Below the pieces are notes generated by a model that was not told the DNA's origin, did no database searches, and saw only the letters and a list, made by a program, of their open reading frames with translations. Made by a program: the position numbers and the translations under genes. A DNA stretch of 64,000 nucleotides, from positions 9,642 through 73,641 of the forward strand of contig JBJETR010000041.1 in the NCBI GenBank assembly GCA_051883415.1, written 5' to 3'. Shown here one piece after another: positions 20,975 to 29,106 of this stretch. This DNA comes from Christensenellales bacterium. GTDB taxonomy: Bacteria; Bacillota; Clostridia; Christensenellales; UBA3700. The first letter of the stretch is position 1. Every line of letters begins with the position of its first letter.

Positions 20975-21600
20975 AGGTCGTTACCTCCATATATTAAGTT
21001 ATCTATAAATTTTTTGTTGTTTTCTACCCTACACTTTTGAGCTTTGATGATACTAATAATATCTTCCGCGCCCTTTTCGGCATCCTCGTTGACTACAATG
21101 TAGTCGTAGAAGACGGCTTGCTTTATCTCGTCTATAGCCGACTCGATACGCACTTTGAGTTGTTCTTCAGTCTCGGTGTCTCTGCCTCTTAGTCTTTCTT
21201 CTATCGTCGAACGGTTGACGGGAGTGAGGAATATCATCACTGCTTGAGGAAACTTGTTTTTGATATCGAGCGCCCCTTTGACGTCAATCTCCAACACCAC
21301 GTCGTATCCCTCTTCGAGCTTATCCAGCACCTTTTGCTTAGGCGTTCCGTAATAGTTGCCGTACACTTGTTGATGCTCCAGGAGCTCGCCTGCCACCAGC
21401 ATCTCTTTGAACCTGTCTTTGGTGACGAAATAATAGTTGACGCCGTCCACTTCCCCCGGTCTTGACTCACGCGTCGTCACAGACACGGAATATTGAAGAT
21501 TGGGATAATTGCGTATGGCGTGTGCCAACACAGTACCTTTTCCTGCGCCGGAAGGTCCCGACACTACTACAAGCAAACCTTTTTTTCTCTCGTTGGACAT
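20971..21600 (-). CDS. gmk: Guanylate kinase
   Basis: GPSGAGKGT, TTRESRPGEVDG and NYYGT motifs. Confidence 0.97.
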   Translation of the reverse strand: MSNERKKGLLVVVSGPSGAGKGTVLAHAIRNYPNLQYSVSVTTRESRPGEVDGVNYYFVTKDRFKEMLVAGELLEHQQVYGNYYGTPKQKVLDKLEEGYDVVLEIDVKGALDIKNKFPQAVMIFLTPVNRSTIEERLRGRDTETEEQLKVRIESAIDEIKQAVFYDYIVVNEDAEKGAEDIISIIKAQKCRVENNKKFIDNLIYGGNDL

Positions 21601-21610
21601 AGCGAATTCC

Positions 21611-22492
21611 TTATTCTATGTTTTGTATTTGCTCTCTGATTTTTTCTATCAGATTTTTCAGACCAAGCACCTTGTCGGTGACGTTGACGTTGCAACATTT
21701 GCTACCGATAGTGTTGCTTTCTCTATTCATTTCTTGCACGATAAAGTCGAGTTTTTTGCCTACCGCTCCGCCCTCTTGGACGATTTGGTCAAAGTGAATA
21801 AGGTGTGCCTTGAGTCTTGTAATCTCTTCGTCTACGCACACTTTGTCACTATAAAAAGCCACTTCGTTGAGCAGTCTTGTCTCATCTATTTGTACGCCTT
21901 GCAAGCTTTCTTCTATCCTATCTTTGAGTTTAGCTTTGTGCTCGCTTACCATATCGGGAGCGTACTTCTCTATCTCGTCGACTAATCCCTTGAGCTCCTT
22001 ATTCTTGGCAAGCAAGTCTTGCATGATAAGTCCGCCTTCCTTCTCTCTCATAGCGTTGAGATTGTCAAGAGCCGTGATAGTCGCTTGCTCGACGAGCTTA
22101 GCTAGCGTCTCTTCATTTTGCTCGTTAGGTTGCGTATTGATAACCTCGGGCATACGCATAATCTCGGCTGTGCCGATATTGTTGACGCAACCCGTAGCAT
22201 TGGCAATTTCCCCTGCTATAGCGTAATATCTCTTGGCAAGCTCTATATCCGCCGTGACGCCTGCCTTGCACTCTCTATTGTCCTCGTAGTTGACGAAGAC
22301 GTCAAAGTGACCTCTCACCGCCTTACTCTTGATAAGTCTACGCACGAGGTCTTCGGCAAATGTAAATCCCTTAGGGAGCTTGACTCCCAAATCCAAAAAT
22401 CTGTGGTTGACGGTCTTGATTTCTATCGTGACTTTTTGGCTATCTATTTCGCTTACGCCCTTACCGTAGCCCGTCATACTAAAAATACGCAT
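21611..22492 (-). CDS. yloC: YicC/YloC family endoribonuclease
   Basis: SMTGYG, VNHRFLD, QEMNRE and REQIQNIE motifs. Confidence 0.94.
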   Translation of the reverse strand: MRIFSMTGYGKGVSEIDSQKVTIEIKTVNHRFLDLGVKLPKGFTFAEDLVRRLIKSKAVRGHFDVFVNYEDNRECKAGVTADIELAKRYYAIAGEIANATGCVNNIGTAEIMRMPEVINTQPNEQNEETLAKLVEQATITALDNLNAMREKEGGLIMQDLLAKNKELKGLVDEIEKYAPDMVSEHKAKLKDRIEESLQGVQIDETRLLNEVAFYSDKVCVDEEITRLKAHLIHFDQIVQEGGAVGKKLDFIVQEMNRESNTIGSKCCNVNVTDKVLGLKNLIEKIREQIQNIE

Positions 22493-22619
22493 ATATGCCT
22501 CGTATTATTTTATTTACAATAATATAGCACATTATTAAAATATTTACAAGAAAAATTATATAATAAAGGAAAATGAGAGCCTTATCGACTCTCATTGTAT
22601 ATTAAACCACACGTTACGG

Positions 22620-24173
22620 TTAGACGTTCTTTTCTTTTGTATTGTATGGCAAGAATGCTCCCGTCAATACGAAGAATATAGCGGCTATTACAGCTCCGCC
22701 TACCGCAATTGCATAATCTCCTCTAAGACCGTTGTCGCCTATATAGTACTGCATCAACAATACAAATGCTATTGTACCTACCAAAGCCACGAACGATAAT
22801 ATAACGCTTATAGACTTGGCAATTGTGACAGATATAGATTTCTTATTCTCTCCCAACGAGAAAATCGAACATATCAGCACCAATCCCAGCAACGTCGTCG
22901 CAGCGATGCTAATTATCGATATGAGCGAGAACCAATGCACGTCGTTCATTATCGAATATTCTCCAATAATTCTATATACTAAATAATTATTCATTCCAAA
23001 GGCTTCGCCTTCTTGGACGTCTCTTCGAGTATACATAGAGCTTATATCTTCCAAAATTAGTTCTGCTCCCTTAGGATAATTGTTAGCCTCATAATATTCG
23101 ACCATACTCTCGTCAAAATAATTGAATACACCAAATCCCGTATTCATCGTTGCGTCCTTTGCAATACTCTTGAAAGTAAAGGACACGAAACCGCCCGACA
23201 TACACCCTATTGCGACAATTAGCATCACGGCTGTGATTGCCTTCAATATCAGAGTTTTACGATTTATTCTTATCTTATCTACAACGACGCCTTCAATAAA
23301 CTTTGCAATTCCCAAAACCGCGATCAAGATTATTGCGACAATCAAACCGTATCCTGCCTGCAAATTGTATGCAAATACACCACAAGCTCCTTTGTTGATA
23401 ACAACTGTCAGTCCTAATACAAACAATATTTTTGCTATGCCTATGGTATTTTTATTGTTCTTGTCAACGTTCTTCTCGTCTATTGCCCTTATAAGCCATA
23501 TCAATGCAACGAACACTCCGACAATCGAGGTTAGAATATAAAGCATCAGACTTATAGCACCTATATGTTGTGCCACGGTTGCGCTAAACTCACTGCTTCG
23601 CATATATAGGCGCATAGAAGTATAAGAACTCAGCACCAACACATCCTCTGCCGATTCCTCGTCGCCTCTAAGTATGTATTTAGATAATTCTGCCGTTTGA
23701 TCGACAAAATCTTTGTAGACGTCGTCTTGTTGCTGTTCCTTCTCGGTATTGTCCACAAAAGAATCAAAATATAACGTAAGCACTTTGATAGAATCTATCT
23801 CCAAATCATTATCAATTGACATATCAGCCGTATCGTACTTGCATTCTATCTTATATATTGGAGCAAACACCATACATAAGCAAACTATCATTACAGCCAA
23901 AAATACTGCACTTTGAATTATTTTCCTGGCTTTAGATTGACTATATTTTGGACGAAGGGTGACTCTCTCTTTGTTCTCCATCAATATCGAGTTGCTCTCT
24001 TCAATATACTTATTGGAACCTTCTTCGCTTTGGTCTACTTGTTGTTTTTCTTTAATCTCTTTGACATCGTTTAGCTTTTCTTCTTCATTGACGTCTTTAG
24101 AAACTCTTGTCCCACAAAAGGCACAATAATTGGCGTCATCTCGTATCTCTTTTCCACAATTGTAACAAAACAT
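22620..24173 (-). CDS. Zinc-ribbon-domain multi-pass membrane protein (start adjusted to ATG 24173)
   Basis: MFCYNCG...YCAFCG N-terminus; about 10 hydrophobic segments; SD AGGTGA. Confidence 0.75.
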   Translation of the reverse strand: MFCYNCGKEIRDDANYCAFCGTRVSKDVNEEEKLNDVKEIKEKQQVDQSEEGSNKYIEESNSILMENKERVTLRPKYSQSKARKIIQSAVFLAVMIVCLCMVFAPIYKIECKYDTADMSIDNDLEIDSIKVLTLYFDSFVDNTEKEQQQDDVYKDFVDQTAELSKYILRGDEESAEDVLVLSSYTSMRLYMRSSEFSATVAQHIGAISLMLYILTSIVGVFVALIWLIRAIDEKNVDKNNKNTIGIAKILFVLGLTVVINKGACGVFAYNLQAGYGLIVAIILIAVLGIAKFIEGVVVDKIRINRKTLILKAITAVMLIVAIGCMSGGFVSFTFKSIAKDATMNTGFGVFNYFDESMVEYYEANNYPKGAELILEDISSMYTRRDVQEGEAFGMNNYLVYRIIGEYSIMNDVHWFSLISIISIAATTLLGLVLICSIFSLGENKKSISVTIAKSISVILSFVALVGTIAFVLLMQYYIGDNGLRGDYAIAVGGAVIAAIFFVLTGAFLPYNTKEKNV

Positions 24174-24204
24174 ATTAACCTCACCTTGCAACGTTAGTAT
24201 TTTT

Positions 24205-24234
24205 ATTATATCTACCTATTACTTTCTTTGTCAA
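24205..24234 (-). promoter_or_regulatory. sigmaA promoter of the large zinc-ribbon gene
   Basis: TTGACA-N18-TATAAT. Confidence 0.65.
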
Positions 24235-24260
24235 GACCAATTATCACTACTATTTGTACC

Positions 24261-24292
24261 TCTCTCGACACCTTTGCCAATATATGCGATAT
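24261..24292 (+). repeat. Exact 32-bp copy of the XRE gene segment 25335-25366 (gene remnant)
   Basis: TCTCTCGACACCTTTGCCAATATATGCGATAT at both positions. Confidence 0.9.
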
Positions 24293-24362
24293 AAAAATAT
24301 TATAAGAAGAAAGGACGTGGACGTCCTTCCTTATTCAAATGCTTTAATAAATATGCAGCGAT

Positions 24363-24734
24363 TTACCTATAATACCAATACATATTGGAAATATAATATC
24401 TAATCGTATCAATACCACTATACATCTCACTAAACAACACGTAGAATAATATTCCAAGTGACAAAACGCTTAGACATATAGCGGCGATACACAATTTAGC
24501 GGCTTTCCAATTATTATCTTTGATTGCAATGGGCTTAAATCCCATACCCATTACTAATCCGAAGAGTGGTGCAATAAATGCTAGCACCAACGAAGCTATC
24601 GACCAACCAACTAGGACGGAGCCTTTCTCTTTTTTGATTACTTTGCGCTCAACGTAATTGTCGGTAGCGCAACCGCAATTGGGACAAATAACTGCATCGT
24701 CGTCTATCTCTTTGCCACACTTTTTACAAAACAT
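24363..24734 (-). CDS. Small zinc-ribbon plus 2-TM membrane protein
   Basis: MFCKKCGKEIDDDAVICPNCG; two hydrophobic helices; SD GGAGG. Confidence 0.8.
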   Translation of the reverse strand: MFCKKCGKEIDDDAVICPNCGCATDNYVERKVIKKEKGSVLVGWSIASLVLAFIAPLFGLVMGMGFKPIAIKDNNWKAAKLCIAAICLSVLSLGILFYVLFSEMYSGIDTIRYYISNMYWYYR

Positions 24735-24748
24735 ACTCTACCTCCAAA

Positions 24749-25102
24749 TCAAAAAGTGCCTATCATACCTACAAGTGCAACCGAATATACGATTGAGAAA
24801 ATGATAGTCAAAACAAAACACGCTACGCTTATCCAAATAGCCGCCGTGCATTTCTTCCTCGACGATTCGTCATCAATAGCAACTGCCTTAGGACGATAAA
24901 TTAGTCCCATAATAAACCCGACTAACGGAATAAAGAAGGACATAACCAACGCAATAATAGACATAGTATTTACGTTGTTACTGTCATCGACGTTACTTTT
25001 CGGTTTAGTATTTGACCGATTATAATTACTAGTCGGCACCCCACAATTTGGACAAATGACTGCGTCGTCACTTATCTCTTTGCCACATTTTGAACAAAAC
25101 AT
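24749..25102 (-). CDS. Small zinc-ribbon plus 2-TM membrane protein (paralog)
   Basis: MFCSKCGKEISDDAVICPNCG; two hydrophobic helices; SD AGGAGG. Confidence 0.8.
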   Translation of the reverse strand: MFCSKCGKEISDDAVICPNCGVPTSNYNRSNTKPKSNVDDSNNVNTMSIIALVMSFFIPLVGFIMGLIYRPKAVAIDDESSRKKCTAAIWISVACFVLTIIFSIVYSVALVGMIGTF

Positions 25103-25134
25103 AGATTATCCTCCTAATCCTTGGTAATAATTAT

Positions 25135-25196
25135 ATTATAATGGCACACTGTGCCTTTGTCAAGATAAAAATTGCACATTGTGCTATTATTTGAAT
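25135..25196. promoter_or_regulatory. Overlapping divergent promoters with two GCACA-N-TGTGC operators
   Basis: Minus strand TTGACA-N17-TATAAT; plus strand AAGATA-N17-TATTAT with extended TG; palindromes at 25143-25155 and 25174-25184. Confidence 0.7.
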
Positions 25197-25409
25197 ATGC
25201 AAAAAATCGAAGATATTCAAAAAAGACTGCGAGAAGCAATACAATGCAGTAATATAAGTCAAAAAGAACTTGCTCAACGGCTAGGCATCAATCCCTCTAC
25301 CGTCAGCAAGTATATGCGACTTGATAAATATCCATCTCTCGACACCTTTGCCAATATATGCGATATTCTTGACGTGTCCGCTGACGAAATTTTGGGGCTA
25401 AAAGACTAA
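25197..25409 (+). CDS. XRE-family HTH regulator (probably leaderless, start ATG 25197)
   Basis: SQKELAQRLGINPSTVSKY...LDVSADEILG. Confidence 0.88.
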   Translation: MQKIEDIQKRLREAIQCSNISQKELAQRLGINPSTVSKYMRLDKYPSLDTFANICDILDVSADEILGLKD

Positions 25410-25414
25410 AAAAA

Positions 25415-25436
25415 CTCAATACGTATCAACAAAAAC
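25415..25436 (-). repeat. 22-bp dispersed palindromic motif, copy 1 (reverse orientation)
   Basis: Reverse complement GTTTTTGTTGATACGTATTGAG. Confidence 0.7.
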
Positions 25437-25458
25437 GCAGTCTTTCGACTGCGTTTTT
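25431..25458. terminator. Bidirectional terminator
   Basis: AAAAACGCAGTC-TTTC-GACTGCGTTTTT. Confidence 0.85.
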
Positions 25459-25482
25459 GATTGCTAAATCAAAGCGTATTGA

Positions 25483-26984
25483 TTATTTGTAATATTGGTT
25501 AAATACGTAATACTTTTCGCTACCGTCGGTGGTAGTTACCTTATAAATCGTCTTATTTGAACCATCGGATGTCCAGTAATTATCAATTGCGTTGATACTT
25601 TGCACGTTATCTATCACTTGTCTCTCGAGTGCGTAGAAGTATACCTTTTTACCTACTTGGTAGTAATCACTTCTAAACGTTACGCTCTCGCCTGCTCCCA
25701 CAGTAATCTCTCGTTCCGAGCCCTTGGCAATATCGTATATATAATATCTGATTTTGTCAACGTCGTCCTTATCTTGCTTGGAATATAACAGTTTACCGTC
25801 AAAACTAATATCTACGTCTAAGACGTCTTCGTCAATTATGATATCTCCATTCAAAGTATAAGCTTTGCCATCAATCATAACCATGTCAAGAAAGACGAAC
25901 GCATTTACCCCCTTGGATATAGTAAAGATACATTCTTTGTCTTCAAATAGACTAACGTCCGTAGTATTGCTCAATAGAAGTTGAGGTTTGCCGCCTACTC
26001 CAATAGATATAGATGCCTCATTTGCACCCTTAAGCATCTTCTGGAGATCTATTTTGACGGTCAAATTGCCCACAACGTCAAAGCCGAAAGATTGCACGTA
26101 TGGTGCGGTAGTTTGCTTGTCTACAATATTGCACACTTTTAGTATTACACTATCATCGAACTCCTCTACTACGTCGGCTATATAATAATTAAACTTAATC
26201 TCTTTACTCTTGCCCGACTTGATATCATAGACGTACGTATTGAGATTGCATTTTGTTCCTTCTATATACAAATCGAATTTTCGTTGTCGTCATAGGTTGG
26301 AGTCAAATATTGGAAAATCTTCTTGTTGGCAATTGTAACTTCTTCCGTAGGTACAGCGCTATTTAACAAATCAAAATCGACTTTTGGGAACAATGAACCT
26401 ACGTATTCACCTTGTTGGGTATAATACTTATATCCGCCGCTCACTTCTTTTTCTTGATAATCACCGCATTCATACGTATCTCCATAGCTCACTCTTTCTT
26501 CAAAAGCTTTGCTTGAAGTTTTGATTTGTCCGTCAGGTGCAACGTAGTAAGTGGTATTGGACTCAGTTGCATAAAACTCCTTACCGTTGACGCTGCCCTC
26601 TACACCGGACACGACGTTGCCTTTAGCTCCCGTCAAGATATATTTGTCTTGTTCATTGATTTGATAGTACAATCCATCGTTTATCTTGATGAACTCCAAT
26701 GTAGAGGTATTAATACTTGTATTAGTTTCAAAATTGAACAAAGTATAATAAGTCTTACCTGTCGTTGATAGAGTATACCTAAATACAGCTAGCCCAAAAT
26801 CGTCTATGCCGCCTGTCATTATAGCCCCTTCCTCTACGTTGAGCCCTGTCAATTCTTGCAAAGAAAATGCCAGCTCTTTTTGTTCGCCGAAGAGCTTGTT
26901 GACGTCTTGATTGCTGCAACCTGCCAAACTTATCGTCAAAACTATGACTAAACAGATAAGTATAGCAACCGAAATCTTTTTCAT
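25483..26984 (-). pseudogene. Lipoprotein of about 500 aa split by a 1-bp frameshift near 26278-26281 (or a sequencing error)
   Basis: Signal peptide with lipobox LAGC in 26262-26984; adding one A to GAAAATTC joins it in frame to 25483-26271 (DDNEKFDLYIEGTK); no SD seen for the second ORF. Confidence 0.6.
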
Positions 26985-27117
26985 AATTCTCTCCTTTTTT
27001 GCGCTTTTGCGCTTTTTCTACATTATACTAGATAATTATTTTTATGTCAATATGTTTCAAAAAATAACAAAAAATTCGGACGCCTTGGCGTCCGTTTTCA
27101 ATACTCTAACTCATAAT

Positions 27118-29064
27118 TTACTCTTGTCCTATCATAGTTAGCAACTCTGCTTCGTCTATAATTTTGATACCTAATTTGATAGCTTTGTCCAGCTTTGAGC
27201 CTGCATCTTCGCCTGCAACAACCAAATTGACGGCTTTAGATACGCTGTCGGCAGTCTTTCCGCCATTCTCCTCTATCAACTGCTTGGCTTGCGAACGCTT
27301 GAGCGTAGGGAGCGAACCCGTAAGTACTACGACGTAGCCCGTCATTGCCCCGCTCCTTACTTCCTCCTCTTTGATTTTGACACCCAAAGAGTACAATTCT
27401 TCTATTGCTTTGACGTGGTCAGGGTTGGCGAAATATTCAATGACGCTCTTAGCCATTATCTCGCCAAAGTCCTCGATTGCAGTCAAATCTTCCATACAAG
27501 CCCTTTGAAGATTTTCCATACTGCCGAATTTTTCTGCCAACTGTTTAGAAGCCTTCTTGCCGATATTGGCTATGCCAAGTGCAAAAATCAACCTCGCAAG
27601 AGTGGTGTTTTTGCTGTCGTCAATAGCAGTGAGAATATTGTTGATTTTGGTTGCTTTAAAGCCCTCTATTCCTTCAAAGTCCTCAGCCTCCAATCTATAG
27701 ATATCTACAAAATTGCTCAGCACGCCCTCTTCCATCAGCGTCTCTATTGTCTTCTCGCTAAGCCCCTCGATATTCATCGCTTCTTTGCTGACGAAGTGCG
27801 TCAAAGCCGACACGACGGCGGGAACGCAATTTTTGTAATTGGTACATTTGACGAATGCGCCTTGCCACTCAACGGGACTGCCGCAAGCAGGACATACGGT
27901 AGGTTTGTCAATCTCTTTTGAGTTAGGATAATGCTCCGCCACACCCATTATCTCGGGAATGACGTCGTTGGACCTACGCACGAACACGCGACTACCTATT
28001 TTGATATCCTTGCGCAATATTTCGCTATAATTGTTGAGAGTCGCTCTCGACACGGTTACGCCCGCCAGCTCCACAGGCTCCAATATCGCAAGGGGATTGA
28101 GTTTGCCCGTCCTCGACACTTGCCATACCACGTCTTTGACGATAGTGGTCGCCTCTTGAGCGGGATATTTGAACGCCATAGCCCACCTAGGGAATTTTTC
28201 GGTGAAGCCTAGCCTCTCTCTCGTAGCCACGTCATCGACTTTGATTACTGCTCCGTCTATGAGGAAGTCAAGGCTGTCCCTGCTCTCGCCAATAGCGTCA
28301 ACGCCTGCGATAACGTCGTCAATATTGTCATATAACTCAAATTTTCCGCTCACTCTAAACTTGTTATCACGCAAAAACTTTATCATATCACTGCCACTCT
28401 CAAACGGCTTGTCGATAAAATTGACGTTGTACACGTTGACTTCGAGATTCCTCTCGGCAGTAACCTTGGGATCGAGATTTCGTATAGCTCCCGCCACGCC
28501 GTTGCGAGCGTTTTTTAGAGGTGTAACCCCCTCTTTGGCATTGTATTTTTCCAATTCGGATAGACGCATTATGCCCTCGCCTTGCACTTCCAATACGCCC
28601 TTATAATCAATCTTTAGAGGCACCGACTTGATGGTTTTGACTTGCGCAGTGACGTCCTCGCCTTCTACGCCGTTGCCTCGAGTTGCGCCCCTGACCAGCT
28701 CGCCGTTTTCGTAAGTGAGGTTGATAGTCAATCCGTCATATTTGTATTCCAAAGAACAAGTCGGCAACTTGCCGTCCGCCGTCTTGAGCTTTTCTAGCCA
28801 TGCTCTAAGCTCTTCTTTGCTCTGACACTTGTCAAGGCTGTACAACCTACCCAAATGACGTACACTCTCAAATTTACTCAGAGGCTGACCTCCGACTCTT
28901 ACGGTAGGAGAATCGGCAAGCACGATGCCACTCTCCTTTTCCATTGCCACTAGTTGGTCGTAGAGTCTATCGTACTCAACGTCGGCTATAGTCGGCTCGT
29001 CTAGCACGTAATATTGATAAGCATATCGGTTGAGCTTGTCAACCAAAGCTCTCATCTCGTCCAT
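27118..29064 (-). CDS. ligA: NAD-dependent DNA ligase
   Basis: EYKYDG, TRGNG, PRWAMAFK, zinc finger and BRCT domain. Confidence 0.97.
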   Translation of the reverse strand: MDEMRALVDKLNRYAYQYYVLDEPTIADVEYDRLYDQLVAMEKESGIVLADSPTVRVGGQPLSKFESVRHLGRLYSLDKCQSKEELRAWLEKLKTADGKLPTCSLEYKYDGLTINLTYENGELVRGATRGNGVEGEDVTAQVKTIKSVPLKIDYKGVLEVQGEGIMRLSELEKYNAKEGVTPLKNARNGVAGAIRNLDPKVTAERNLEVNVYNVNFIDKPFESGSDMIKFLRDNKFRVSGKFELYDNIDDVIAGVDAIGESRDSLDFLIDGAVIKVDDVATRERLGFTEKFPRWAMAFKYPAQEATTIVKDVVWQVSRTGKLNPLAILEPVELAGVTVSRATLNNYSEILRKDIKIGSRVFVRRSNDVIPEIMGVAEHYPNSKEIDKPTVCPACGSPVEWQGAFVKCTNYKNCVPAVVSALTHFVSKEAMNIEGLSEKTIETLMEEGVLSNFVDIYRLEAEDFEGIEGFKATKINNILTAIDDSKNTTLARLIFALGIANIGKKASKQLAEKFGSMENLQRACMEDLTAIEDFGEIMAKSVIEYFANPDHVKAIEELYSLGVKIKEEEVRSGAMTGYVVVLTGSLPTLKRSQAKQLIEENGGKTADSVSKAVNLVVAGEDAGSKLDKAIKLGIKIIDEAELLTMIGQE

Positions 29065-29082
29065 AATCTCTCCTTAATTTGC

Positions 29083-29104
29083 ATTTTTGTCGATACGTAT
29101 CGAC
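29083..29104 (+). repeat. 22-bp dispersed palindromic motif, copy 2
   Basis: ATTTTTGTCGATACGTATCGAC in the pcrA-ligA spacer; perfect 16-bp palindrome. Confidence 0.85.
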
Positions 29105-29106
29105 TT

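Noticed and set aside
24261-24292. 32-bp self-match interpreted as a CRISPR spacer
   Set aside because: No flanking direct repeats or cas genes; kept instead as an XRE remnant
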